This document shows, piece by piece, positions 28,517-44,735 of a stretch of DNA of 64,000 nt. Source of the DNA: the human T2T-CHM13v2.0 reference genome, Homo sapiens; NCBI RefSeq assembly GCF_009914755.1, contig NC_060929.1; one strand, written 5' to 3'. Under the pieces are notes generated by a model. It did no database searches and was not told the DNA's origin. It saw only the letters and a program-made list of their open reading frames with translations. The position numbers and the translations under genes are program-made. The number at the start of each line of letters is the position of its first letter. Position 1 is the first letter of the stretch.

Positions 28517-29005
28517 TTAGACTCATCTTATGTGTCATCAGATTCCACAATCTTAGTAAAAAAAGTTGCAGCCAATTTTTACAGGACCTGTCTTCACAAG
28601 GTCACTCAAAGAGAAACAGATCTTAAAGAATGTAGAAAAAAAATAATGTTTGAATAATTTAATTGGATTTGTCATTTTAACTCATTTAGAGAAATATTTA
28701 ACTTACTAAAAGTCAAGCAAATGTCAAGTCACATTTTTGCCTAAATAGATCTGTTACTGTATTGTACACTAGTAATTTTGTAAGCTTAATATAGACACTG
28801 CCAGAGAAAATTTCCCTATTGTTCTGAATAGAGATTGTTATTTTCTCACTCCATTGATATCAGAATCTTGCTTATAGAGGGCTGTATATTTTGTACGCAT
28901 ATGTAACCACAATCCTGGCTAGCTTTCTTGCTGTGAACACCACTAGAATTGAGAATTTTAGTAATCTCGTCATAAATCATTCCAACTGTTAAACATCCAG
29001 AGACA
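28517..29005 (+). pseudogene. Two candidate fossil exons (~28517-28631, ~28749-29005)
   Basis: Strong acceptor tttttccttctttttctactctag; second segment reads SNFVSLI*TLPEKISLLF*IEIVIFSLH*YQNLAYRGLYILYAYV. Confidence 0.35.
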
Positions 29006-30656
29006 GTAATAAAAAATAAAATCTATTCATAAGAAAATTATGAATTCTACCTCCTCACACCCAAAATGTACATCCACTTAGAACCACAGTGTATCAATCT
29101 ATTCACAATAATTGTTTTCATAAAATTATAGAACTTAGATTTAAAGAAGATATTAAAGATATTTATTCATCAACCCATTTTATGATAGCTGTAATATTAT
29201 TTTTATGAAAGACATCAAATGCAATGTATGTCTTCCTGATGTATATGTCACTGTTTAAAAACAATATTAGTCATCTTTTGGTCACAAATAGTTAATTCTA
29301 AACACTTCATATTATTTCAGTTATCTCAAGTAGGTTGTTATAGCCCCCATGAAGCATATAGTCATACAATTAATCATTTATTACACATAATTTAAATCAC
29401 AGAATAATTTATATATTTTTCACAGATGGTATCTTTTGTCTACATGTAAAATAGTGATTTCAAAAATACTTTCATAAGACAAAACTAATCACAGACATTA
29501 CTATATCTATTTATGATTCTTTTATATATTTTACCAAAAGTAAATGGGGCACAATTATAGATCTTCTCAATTGCATTCCAGTGTAATACAAAGCATAAAT
29601 TTAATTTATCAAACAGCATCCTCCTAATTCAATTACACATATCCAGAATTAATTCTGCTGCCCTTTAGTTTTTATTCTTTAATCTATTTAATTCTTTTAT
29701 TGGTTTTGTAGAGATATATTTGAAAGTCTTTTTTTATTTCAAGGCTTGTTTTCAAAACAATTGTAATTCTCAAAAAGCTTCAAAACCCAAATGTTTGGGG
29801 CTATAGCATTTGATTTCCATGATTAAAAATTCTCAACTGATTTTGAGGAAATTATAACCAAATTTCAAGAGCTCACAGCAATATTTAATACTTTGTAGGA
29901 CCCTCAGATTCATTTGGAAAATAAGTTTCAAAATTGTAAAGATCTGATTAATAATGGAAAAAACATAAAAACTGCTTTCACAATTTTTTGTGTGTTCTTC
30001 ATCAGCATTTTGACAAATGTTGCAGCTTATTAATATTCACATAGTCATTTATATATTTTCACAATGAAAGCTTCCATATTTTTATAATTTTAAAAAGTAA
30101 TTGATATTTTCAGAGAAGTTTTAGATTTAAAGGAATGTTAGGAACAAAATACAGAGAGGTCTCATGTGGGCCTAACCTAATTTCCCCTATTACTATCATC
30201 TTACATTGGTATGGTAAATTTGGTACAAATTACAAACAAATATTGATACATTATAATTAACTAAATTCCATACTTTGTTTCTATTTCCTCAGTTTTTTCC
30301 TGCTGTTCTTTTTCTGTTCCAGGATCCTATTCAGGATGCCACATTGCATTTAGTTGTCATATTTCCTCAGGCTCCTTCTGGCTGTGACATTTTCTCAGAC
30401 TGTCCTTCCTTTTTTGATGGATGACCTTGATGGTTTTGAGGAGTGCTGGTCAGGTATTTTGTAGAATGCTACTCAGTTTGGATTTGTCTGGTGTTTTTCT
30501 TATGATTACTCTGGAGTCATATGTTTCTGGGGAGGAAACTCACCACTAAATTCAAGGTCAGTTAGTTTTATCCTTATATGCTTTCTTCAAGAAGTTTTAT
30601 AGTTTTGGGTTTTACACTTAGAACTATAATACATTTTTAGTTAATTTTTGAGAAAG

Positions 30657-30672
30657 GATAGATAGATGGATG

Positions 30673-30719
<47 letters not shown>
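30657..30719. repeat. (GATA)n tetranucleotide STR
   Basis: gatagatagatggatggatagata... Confidence 0.95.
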
Positions 30720-33265
30720 CCCACCCTTTCCCCTCCCACATACGGGTGTTCAATTGTTCCAGCACTATTTGTTCAAAAGATTTTGCTCCTCTGTCAAAAA
30801 CTCAGTTACCTACAATTATGGTAACCTATTTATGTGCTCTCTATTCTGTTACTCTAATCGGTATGTCTGTTATTTTGTCAATGCCTTGCTATCTTGATTA
30901 CTGTAGCTTTATATTAAGTATAAATACAGTATAAATACTGCAGCTTTATGGTAAATATAGATAGGTAATGTGAGCCCTCCAGCTTCGTTCTTTTTTTTAC
31001 TATTGTCTAGGTTTTTCTAGGTTGTTTGTCTTCCCATGTAACCCTTAGAAGAATAAGTTTGGCACTATCTACAAAATAGAATCCTGGGATTCTAACTGAG
31101 ATTGCATCGAATCTATAGGTCAACTTGGTAAGAATTAACATCTTTACAAAATTGGGTCGTCCAATTCATGGTGTCCATTTATTTCAATCCCCTTTAATGT
31201 CTTTGACAAGGTTTTCATAGTTTTCCATATCTGTGCTTTCTACATATTTTGTTAAATTTAATCCTAGGTATTTTATTCTGTTGAATGTTATGGTAAATAA
31301 TATAATTTCTTAATTTTATATTTTAATTGTACATTGCTCATAAAGAAGCAATTGACTTTTCTATATCATCTTGTATCTTACAGAAATGCTGATTTGGAAT
31401 TTTTTGCTTAAATAATCATATCATTTGTGAACAAAGTTTTATTTCTTTCTTCTTCATCTATTTATATATCATTTATTTGTTGTCTTATTGCACTAGTAAG
31501 GACTTCCAATATGATACTGAATAGGAGTGGTGAGACAAGACATCCTGCCTTATTCTCGATCATGGCATCCAGTTCCTCAGGATCAAGAATGGTACTAGCT
31601 TTAAGATTTTTTTGTAGATATTCTTTATCAAATTTAGAAAGTTTTCTATTTCTAGTTTGCTGAGATTTTTAAGGTGTACATGTTTTGGATTTTGTTCAAT
31701 ACTTCTTCTGTATTGATATGATAGACAAATTTTCTTCTTTAGCTTTTAGGTTTGGTGCAAAATACCAATTCATTTTCAAATATCAAATTAGTCTTGTGTA
31801 TTCTGAACAAATTGTACTTTGTCATGGTGTATAATTCTTTCCATATATTGTTGGATTCTATTCGCTAATATTTTGTTGAGATTTTTTACACCTATATTCA
31901 AAAGAAATATTGACCCAAACTTTTCCTTTCTTGTAATTACTATACCTAATTTTGATATTCAGATAATGATAGTCTTATATGATGAGTTTAGGAAGTGTTC
32001 CCCCTCATCCTATGTTCTGAAATAGATTGTGGAAAATTGGTATCATTTCTTCTTTAAATGTTTCTTAGAATTCACCATTGGGCCTTGGGATTTGTTTTTG
32101 TTTTTGTTTTTGAAGATTATTAATTTTTAATTTAATTTAGTTAATACATATAGGGCAATTAAAATGATCTGTTTCCCATTGTATGAGTTTGAATTGCTTG
32201 TATCTTTCCAAGAATTGGTCCCTTTCATCTACATTATTAAATTTAGGGGCACAGAGTTATTCAAAATCTTTCTTTATCATCCTTTTAATGTCTATGGAAT
32301 CAATTTTGATAGCCCCTCTTTTATTCATGGTATGGCATTTTTTGTCTTTTGTCTTGGTTATTCTTGATTGAAGTTTATCAGCTTTATTAATCTTTTCAGA
32401 AAACCAGCATTTATCTTCATTTACTTCTGCGCTATTTTCTGTTTTCAATTTCATTGATTTCTCCTCTAATTCATTTCTTCCTTATGCTCAATTTAGGCTT
32501 ACATTACTCTTCTTACTCTAGGTTCATAAACTAAAAGCTTGGAGTGTTGATTTTAGATATTTTCTAATATGTTAATTAAACACTAGAAATGTCCCTCTCT
32601 CGTTTTTACTGCACACTACATGTTTTGATAAGTTGCCTTTTACTTTTATTTCAACAAAATATTTTTTAACTTCTCTTGAGCACTCTTTTTGAGCATTTTA
32701 CTATTTACAATTATATTTTAAGTTATCACATATTTGTAATATCCAGCTATATTTCTGTTATTGATTTTTAGGTTAATTCCAGTGTGGCCTGAGAATATAC
32801 TTTCTATGGTATCTATACCTTAAAATTTGTTAAAGTATTTTTATGAATCAATCTTTGGTTTTTCTTGATGAATGTTTCATATGATATTAAGAAGAATATA
32901 TATTTTGTGGTTGGAGGAATATTCTATAAATGTCAGTTAAATCAAGTTGATTGATTGTGTTGTTCATGTCAACTATATATATCCTTACGGATTTTCTGCC
33001 TTGATCTATCAATTACTAAATCAGAGGTTTTGACATTTCCAGCTGTAACACTAGATTTGTCTATTTCTCTTTTCAGTTCTGTCAGTTTTTGTCTCACATT
33101 TGATGATCACTTGTTAGAAACATTTAAGCTGAGGATTGTTGTATCTCCTTAAATAATTTATTCCTTTATCATTATATAATGCTCATCTTTATCACTGATA
33201 ATCTTCCTGTTCCAAAGTCCACTTTGTCTGAAATTAATATAGCTTTTTCTTTTCTTTTTTTTTTT

Positions 33266-33357
33266 CAGGTAGAATATATTTTATTTCTGGGTCAGAATGA
33301 GAGCTTCAAGGCAATGCTATAATAATATTCTGTTCACTGCTTGACCATGGAACTTTG
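33266..33357 (-). other. L1 3'-transduced flanking sequence
   Basis: Non-L1 sequence between two polyA tails, inside the TSD, with AATAAA (33285-33280, minus strand) 14 nt before the distal polyA. Confidence 0.85.
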
Positions 33358-33584
33358 ATTTTATTATTATTATTTTTTTTATTATACTTTAAGTTTTAAG
33401 GTACATGTGCACAATGTGCAGGTTAGTTACATATGTATACATGTGCCATGCTGGTGCGCTGCACCCACTAACTCGTCATCTAGCATTAGGTATATCTCCT
33501 AATGCTATCCCTCCCCCGCCCCCCACCCCACAACAGTCGCCAGAGTGTGATGTTCCCCTTCCTGTGTCCATGTGTTCTCATTGT

Positions 33585-37410
<3,826 letters not shown>

Positions 37411-37473
37411 TATGATGTTAGCTGGTTATTTTGCTTGTTAGTTGATGCAGTTTCTTCCTAGTCTTGATGGTCT

Positions 37474-38476
37474 TTACATTTTGGCATGATTTTACAGCTG
37501 CTGGTACCGGTTGTTCCTTTCCATGTTTAGTGCTTCCTTCAGGAGCTCTTTTAAGGCAGGCCTGGTGGTGACAAAATCTCTCAGCATTTGCTTGTCTGTA
37601 AAGTATTTTATTTCTCCTTCACTTATGAAGCTTAGTTTGGCTGGATATGAAATTCTGGGTTGAAAATTCTTTTCTTTAAGAATGTTGAATATTGGCCCCC
37701 ACTCTCTTCTGGCTTGTAGAGTTTCTGCTGAGAGATCAGCTGTTAGTCTGATGGGCTTCCCTTTGTGGGTAACCCGACCTTTCTCTCTGGCTGCCCTTAA
37801 CATTTTTTCCTTCATTTCAACTTTGGTGAATCTGACAATTATGTGTCTTGGAGTTGCTCTTCTCAAGGAGTATCTTTGTGGTGTTATCTGTATTTCCTGA
37901 ATCTGAATGTTGGCCTGCCTTCCTAGATTGGGAAGTTCTCCTGGATAATATCCTGCAGAGTGTTTTCCAACTTGGTTCCATTCTCCCCGTCACTTTCAGG
38001 TACACCAATCAGACGTAGATTTGGTCTTTTCACATAGTCCCATATTTCTTGGAGGCTTTGTTTGTTTCTTTTTATTCTTTTTTCTCTAAACTTCCCTTCT
38101 TGCTTCATTTCATTCATTTCATCTTCCATCGCTGATACCCTTTCTTCCAGTTGATCGCATCGGCTCCTGAGGCTTCTGCATTCTTCATGTAGTTCTCGAG
38201 CCTTGGCTTTCAGCTCCAGCTCCTTTAAGCACTTCTCTGTATCGGTTATTCTAGTTATACATTCTTCTAAATTTTTTTCAAGTTTTTAACTTCTTTGCCT
38301 TTGGTTTGAATTTCCTCCTGTAGCTCATAGTTTGATCGTCTGAAGCCTTCTTCTCTCAACTCGTCGTTCTCCGTCCAGCTTTGTTCCATTGCTGGTGAGG
38401 AACTGCGTTCCTTTGGAGGAGGAGAGGTGCTCTGATTTTTAGAGTTTCCAGTTTTTCTGCTCTTTTTTTTCCCCAT
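37474..38476 (-). pseudogene. L1 ORF1p, disrupted
   Basis: MGKKKSRKTGNSK..., RRATPRHIIVRFTKVEMKEK; broken into 4 ORFs. Confidence 0.93.
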
Positions 38477-39502
38477 CTTTGTGGTTTTATCTACTTTTGG
38501 TCTTTGATGATGGTGATGGGTTTTTGGTGTGGATGTCCTTTCTGTTTGTTAGTTTTCCTTCTAACAGACAGGACCCTCAGCTGCAGGTCTGTTGGAGTTT
38601 GTTAGAGGTCCATTCCAGACCCTGTTTGCCTGGGTATCCGCAGCAGTGTTTGCAGAACAGCGGTTTTTCGTGAACCCCGAATGCTGCTGTCTGATCGTTC
38701 CTCTGGAAGTTTTGTCTCAGAGGAGTACCCGGCAGTATGAAGTGTCAGTCTGCCCCTACTGGGGGTTGCCTCCCAGTTAGGCTGCTCAGGGGTCAGGGAT
38801 CAGGAACCCACTTGAGGAGGCAGTCTGCCCGTTCTCAGATCTCCAGCTGCGTGCTGGGAGAACCACTGCTCTCTTCAAAGCTGTCAGACAGGGACATTTA
38901 AGTCTGCAGAGGTTACTGCTGTCTTTTTGTTTGTCTGTGCCCTGCCCCCAGAGGTGGAGCCTACAGAGGCAGGCAGGCCTCCTTGAGCTGTGGTGGGCTC
39001 CACCCAGTTCCAGCTTCCCAGCTGCTTTGTTTACTTAAGGGAGCCTGGGCAATGGCGGGCGCCCCTCCCCCAGCCTCGCTGCCGCCTTGCAGTTTGATCT
39101 CAGACTGCTGTGCTAGCAATCAGCGAGACTCCGTGGGCGTAGAACCCTCCCAGCCAGGTGCGGGATATTATCTCCTGGTGTGCCGTTTTTTAAGCCAGTC
39201 AGAAAAGCGCATTATTCGGGTGGGAGTGACCTGATTTTCCAGGTGCCGTCTGTCACACCTTTCTTTGATTAGGAAAGGGAACTCCCCGACCCCTTGCGCT
39301 TCCCGAGTGAGGCAATGCCTCGCCCTGTTTCCGCTCGTGCACGGTGCACTGCACCCACTGACCTGCACCCACTGTCTGGCACTCCCTAGTGAGATGAACC
39401 CGGTACCTCAGATGGAAATGCAGAAATCACCTGTCTTCTGCGTCGCTCACGCTGGGAGCTGTAGACCGGAGCTGTTCCTATTTGGCCATCTTGGCTCCTC
39501 CC
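38477..39502 (-). promoter_or_regulatory. L1 5'UTR with sense and antisense promoters, including 129-bp segment 38597-38725
   Basis: CpG-richer 1026-nt UTR; YY1 site (gccatctt on +) near 39485-39492. Confidence 0.85.
39052..39234 (+). CDS. L1 ORF0, truncated to 60 aa
   Basis: MAGAPPPASLPPCSLISDCCASNQRDSVGV...RVGVT*; stop consistent with CGA>TGA. Confidence 0.7.
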   Translation: MAGAPPPASLPPCSLISDCCASNQRDSVGVEPSQPGAGYYLLVCRFLSQSEKRIIRVGVT

Positions 39503-39597
39503 AGCTTTTTCTTTAGTGTACTCTGATAACCTCTCTTTTAATTGGGATATTTAGATAATTCATATTTAAAGTGATTACTGATATAACTTCATTACAT

Positions 39598-40162
39598 TTC
39601 TATTGCCAGAGAAAAGAACCAATAAGATACACACACACGTTCACACACAAACATACACAAAAATATTTATTATAAGGTTTTGTTTCAAGTGATTATGAAG
39701 ACTGACAAGTATCAATAACCACAGAGTGAACTGGCAAGGCGAAGACCCAGGAGAGCTGATTGTGGTGTTCCAGTTGGAGTCCAAAAGCCTGTGGACTAGG
39801 AAAGCTGATTCTGTAGCTTCCATCTGATGGTTGGCAGGCTTGAGATCCATGAGCTTCTGAAGTTTCAGCTCTGGTTCAAAGTCAGGGGAAAAGTTGATAT
39901 CTCGATTCAAAGGCAGTAAGGCACGAAATAATTCCCTCTTACTCAAGGGAGGGTTAGATTTTGGATCTATTCAGGCCTTCAATTGAAGGAATTAGGCCCA
40001 CCCATAAGAGGAAGGACAATCAGCTTTACTCAATCTACTGATTTCAATGCTAATTTTGTTCATTTTATCAAAATCATCATCACAGAAACACTGAGAATGT
40101 TTAATCCAATATCTAGAAACTCCATGGCACAATCAAGTTGACATACAAAATTAACTATCATA
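39598..40162 (-). mobile_element. MLT2 (ERVL) LTR
   Basis: agagaaaagaaccaataagata...gacccaggagagctga...caagttgacatacaaaattaactatca. Confidence 0.8.
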
Positions 40163-42307
40163 ATATTTATAAAGTTTAGGACATTTTCTATTTGTTGAAC
40201 TTGTTCTTGTCCATATTCCCATTCTTTTTTTCTGTTTTTCATGGTTTTAATTGACCATTTTATATTTCCATTTTATCTCCTAAATTTAAAAAAAAACACT
40301 GGTTGCTCTAGAGTTTGCAATATTCATTCACAACTAATCTAAGTCCACCTTCCAATAACACCATGATGCTTCATATCCAGTGGAAGTACTTTATGACAGA
40401 GTAGTTCAAATCCTACTTCCTGTGCCTCGTAAGTTTAGTTTGTTCATCTAATCAATTCATATGCTATAATCCGTTAATACATTATTACTGTTATTAAACA
40501 GTTGGTTTTTAGGTCAATTAAGAATAAGAATAATAAAACATTTTATTTTGACTTCATTTATTTTTCTCCAATGCTTTTTCTTTCTCTATAGGGATTTGAC
40601 TATCTGACCTATATCATTTTTCTCTTCTATGAGAAGCGTATTTGGAAATTTCTTATAGGGCATGTCTGCTGGTAACGAATTCTTTCAGTGTTTGTTATCT
40701 GAGAAAATCTACTTCACATTTAAAAGATATTTCTGCTGGATATAGAATTCAAGTTTAGTGAGCTTCTTTTTTAACATGGTAAATATTTTACTTCATTCCT
40801 TTCTTGCTTGCATAGTTTCAGACAAAAATTATTATCTTGTCCCTCTATAAGGTGTCTTTCCTTCACCCTGGTTCCTTTCAACATGTTTTCTTTGTCTTTG
40901 GTTTTCTGTAGTGTAAACAATATTCTTGGTGTAGATTTTTTGGTATTTATCTTGCTTGATGCTGTTGTGTGTCCTTAATTTTTAAAATTACTCTGCCATT
41001 ATCGCTACAAATATATACATATATTTTTGGCTGTGTTCATTTCTACTTTTTTTTTCTTGGATCTCAATTATGCGTTTGTGCCTAGGCTACACCTTTTGAG
41101 ATTGTCCCATGGTTCTTGAATGTTTTCTCCTGTTTATCTCTTTAATTCTTTTCTTTTTCCTTTTCTATTTGGGTTTTGGAAGTTTTCATGGACATATCTT
41201 TAAGCTTACTGACTCTTTCCTCAGCCATATCCTATCTAATTGTGAGCTGATGAAAAGTATTCTTCATTTCTGTTGTCATTTTTATGTCTAGCATTTCTTT
41301 TTGGTTTTCTTATGGTTTCCATCTTTTTGCTTATATTACCAATCTCTTTTTTATGTTGTTTACTTTTTTCATTAGGCTTCTTAACTTATCAATTATAGCT
41401 ATATTAAATTCCTGCCTGATGATTCCAAAATGTAACTCATACCTGAATCTGGTTAGGATCTTAGCTTTGTTTTTTTCAGGCTGTTTTGTCTTGTCTTTTA
41501 GCTTGCCTTATAAATTGTTATTGATATCCAGGGATGTTTTATCAAGTAGTAGAAACTGGAGTAAATAGGCCTTTAGTTAAAATTTTATGTTAACATGAGT
41601 AGGAGTTGGACTTTGTTGAGGTTTGCTCTAGGTATAAATGCCTAAGGCTTCAGCTACCTCCAATATATTTGTATCTCTCCTCTTGACTTTTGGCTTCACT
41701 AAGCATTCCTCTTATATAGATACTATACCTTGTAGCTGTTTTTACTATTATTCAGTGTTGTTATACTGTAGTTCTTTTGATATGGTTGTAAGACGTTTGG
41801 AAGAAAATGTGCCCCATAGTCGTTTGATTTAGTCTCAGTCTTTTAGTCTGTGTCCCTGGGCTGTGATCTTCACAAGAGTTTCTTATTCTCATTCCCTTAG
41901 GTGAGACAAGAATTCTAGAGGGGTGTAGGAGGAGTGTTGTATCTACCGTTCCTGAAGGTGGAATAAGATTCTGGCAAAATATTTCCCCTTTAGAGTAGCC
42001 TTGTTTTGTCTGGAATATTCTGACCTTATGTTAAAATTGTTACTCTCCCATCCCTCTGGTAGAGTCATGAAGGATTTTTCTCGACTCCACAGCATAAGGA
42101 CGTGGTTAGGTTATTGAACTTAAAACTCACAAAAGTGTGGAGACCATCTAAGAATACATTCTTCAGGGGTTTCTCACTCTCATGCTAGTCCATAATTACC
42201 CTCAAGAAAATTGTTCAAAATTATTATTTAGATGTTCTTACCAGTTTATGGCTCCAGCATCTTCTACTCCAGGTAAGTAGATTCTGACTCTGACTTTATT
42301 AGCCAGA

Positions 42308-42658
42308 TTATACAGACTGAATGTATTCATCCAAAATTCATATGTTAAAACTAAATTCCCAGTGTGATGTTATTTGATGGTGGTGTGTTAGGGGGGTGAT
42401 TAGGTCATGAGAGTGTAATTCTCATGAATGATATTCGTGTCCTAATGAAAGAGATCTCCTTTCTCCCTTATACTGTGTAAGGACACAGAGAGAAGACAGC
42501 TTTCTATGAACCAGGAAGTGGGCCCTCACTGGACACCAAATCTTCCTTTGCCTGGATCTTAGACTTTCCAGTCTCCAGAACTGTGAGAAATAATTTTTGT
42601 TTCTTACAAGCCACCTACTTACAGTATTTTGTTACATTAGCTCAAATAGACCAAAACA
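42308..42658 (+). mobile_element. MLT1A LTR
   Basis: ccaaaattcatatgttaaaac...tctatgaaccaggaagtgggccctcac...ctccagaactgtgagaaat. Confidence 0.82.
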
Positions 42659-43049
42659 CCAGTTTCTCCAGCGTTCAGTGGAATAATTTGTCCTGTCACC
42701 TCAGTTATCTGATGAGTTTAAAGGAAGCTGATTATCACTTTGCTTAACTATCTTCTTGTTGTAAGGATGGAGATAAAAATTGCTAAGCTCTTTATATGTT
42801 AGAGCTGAAATCAGAGTTTCTATTTCCAGAATATTGAAATTTCTGGATACAATTAGGAAATATGTGAGCATTCAGCCAATTTCAAATACATGTCTGTCTC
42901 AAAGTTTTGGGGTTTTAGTCTTCTTGGTTTTCTTTGTTTCTTCTAAGATCATAGTTGTAATCATAATAGTACTACAAATTTTCTATTTTTATTATTGCCA
43001 GGAAAAAAATTTAGCTTCAATACTTAATATTTTAAATAAATTTACAATA

Positions 43050-43856
43050 GCATTCACAATAATACTGGATATATTATCATTGACAGAATTAACTTATAAA
43101 ATCTCTATTCAATGAATTGGATGCTAAAAAATCAAACCATTACTGGAATTAGTTTTGAAGAATCTGATGTCACTGGTGTCAACGAAGAATTCGTGAACTT
43201 CTTCTAACAGAGTCAACATATTAATTTTGTTTTCATTTCTTTTTTACAAGTGCAAGACAATTTGAATAAAAATGGAGCAAGAGTAATTTGGAAAACCAGG
43301 CACTTGATCTAAATGGAAAGTCATGCTTTACAGTGTGATATGTAATGACAACATTTGCTGTTGCACATATCAAACCATAATGTTCAATACAATCTATGAA
43401 AAAACACATCAAAGACATTCAAACTTCTCTCCCTATATTCATTCCTCAATAGGGTGGCTCATCTTCTATTTCTCGTACACATCTTGGGTAACTGTAACCT
43501 GCAATTTATTTTGTTTTCAATTGATACTGCTGACTGCAACCTAATAACCGATCTCTCAGACCTCAACTTCACTGCTGGCAGGATCAGTGCACATTGAGTT
43601 ATTTCTCTGATCACAGTCTGAGTCCAAATGACTTAGCTTTTCTTAGGTACCTGTGTCTGCAAGCATTTAATTTTGTTAGTGCAATATGCTATGTTTTTGG
43701 AAGGAAGGTGTTGGTTATGTTCTATATAGAAAAGATTGAGAAAATATCCAAGGGATTTCTGATTACTGTTCAAATTAAACCACAGTGGGGATTCTGTTTA
43801 ATGCAGAGGTCTCATACACTACCAAAAGAGGCCATGATAGAAACCAGAAGTACAAA
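43050..43856 (+). pseudogene. Candidate large fossil exon with RGS-like motif
   Basis: SDHSLSPNDLAFLRYLCLQAFNFVSA-(1-nt frameshift at ~43685)-MLCFWKEGVGY; AAA|gtgaga donor at 43857; 5' boundary unknown. Confidence 0.42.
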
Positions 43857-44254
43857 GTGAGAAAAATAAGTTCATCTGGATTTATTTTAATGCAATGAAG
43901 AATTGATTCAATGATAAATAAGAGAAGTATTGAGGCAATAGACCTGGATAAAGTGGGGGATTCGTTTTTACCTTATCTGTTTTTGTTCTTTCTCCAAGCT
44001 AAACACCCTTGGTGGCTTGGCAATTCTTATACAAAATAGCTCATTTCACCATTATTTTCTTTTCTTCTGGTGAAATCCAGTTTGTGAGTAAGTTTGTTAA
44101 AGGAGAGTCATCAAAATGAAACACCACACTCTGAGTGTTGTGTCACCTGAAGTAAGAAGAATGGGAAACAGCTCCCCTCCCTGCCATCTTTGCTCTAAAT
44201 GAGAACATAATTATATCAATGTGGCCTAAGTCCAAATCAAGTTTTGGATCATTC

Positions 44255-44735
44255 CAATTATCTTTTTCTGTGTAGAAACTACTCCAATGTTGAGTGCCTA
44301 AATATAACGATTTACAACAATGTATTATGATGTGTCCTGGTTCTAGAGATTGACAGACTCAACTGAACAGTTATTGCTTGGGGTATCACATATGTTGTAA
44401 CCAGGCAGCAGCTGAGGCTGGAGTCAAGTGGAGGCTTCTCCATTTACATGCCTCATGGCAGGCCTGTCTACTCATCTCTCTCTCAATACGACTAGTGTAC
44501 ACCCCTCATTGCATGGTGGTCCCAGGGCAGGCTGACTTGTATGGCAGCTTGCTTCTTCCAGAGTGAGCATTCCAAGAGACCAGTGAGAACCTGCAAGACT
44601 TTTTCTGACTAGCCCCAGTTGTCATCTCAATGTTACATTGACTACATTTTATCAGTTGCAAATGAGTCATACAGCCAGCCCAAATTCATGTGGAAGAGAA
44701 CTGGGAGTTACAGTTCATTGGGTATCCATCTTTGG
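44255..44735 (-). mobile_element. Old MaLR LTR (MLT1G/H-like)
   Basis: gcagctgaggctggagtc...agagtgagcattccaagagacc...gagtcatacagccagcccaaattc. Confidence 0.7.
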
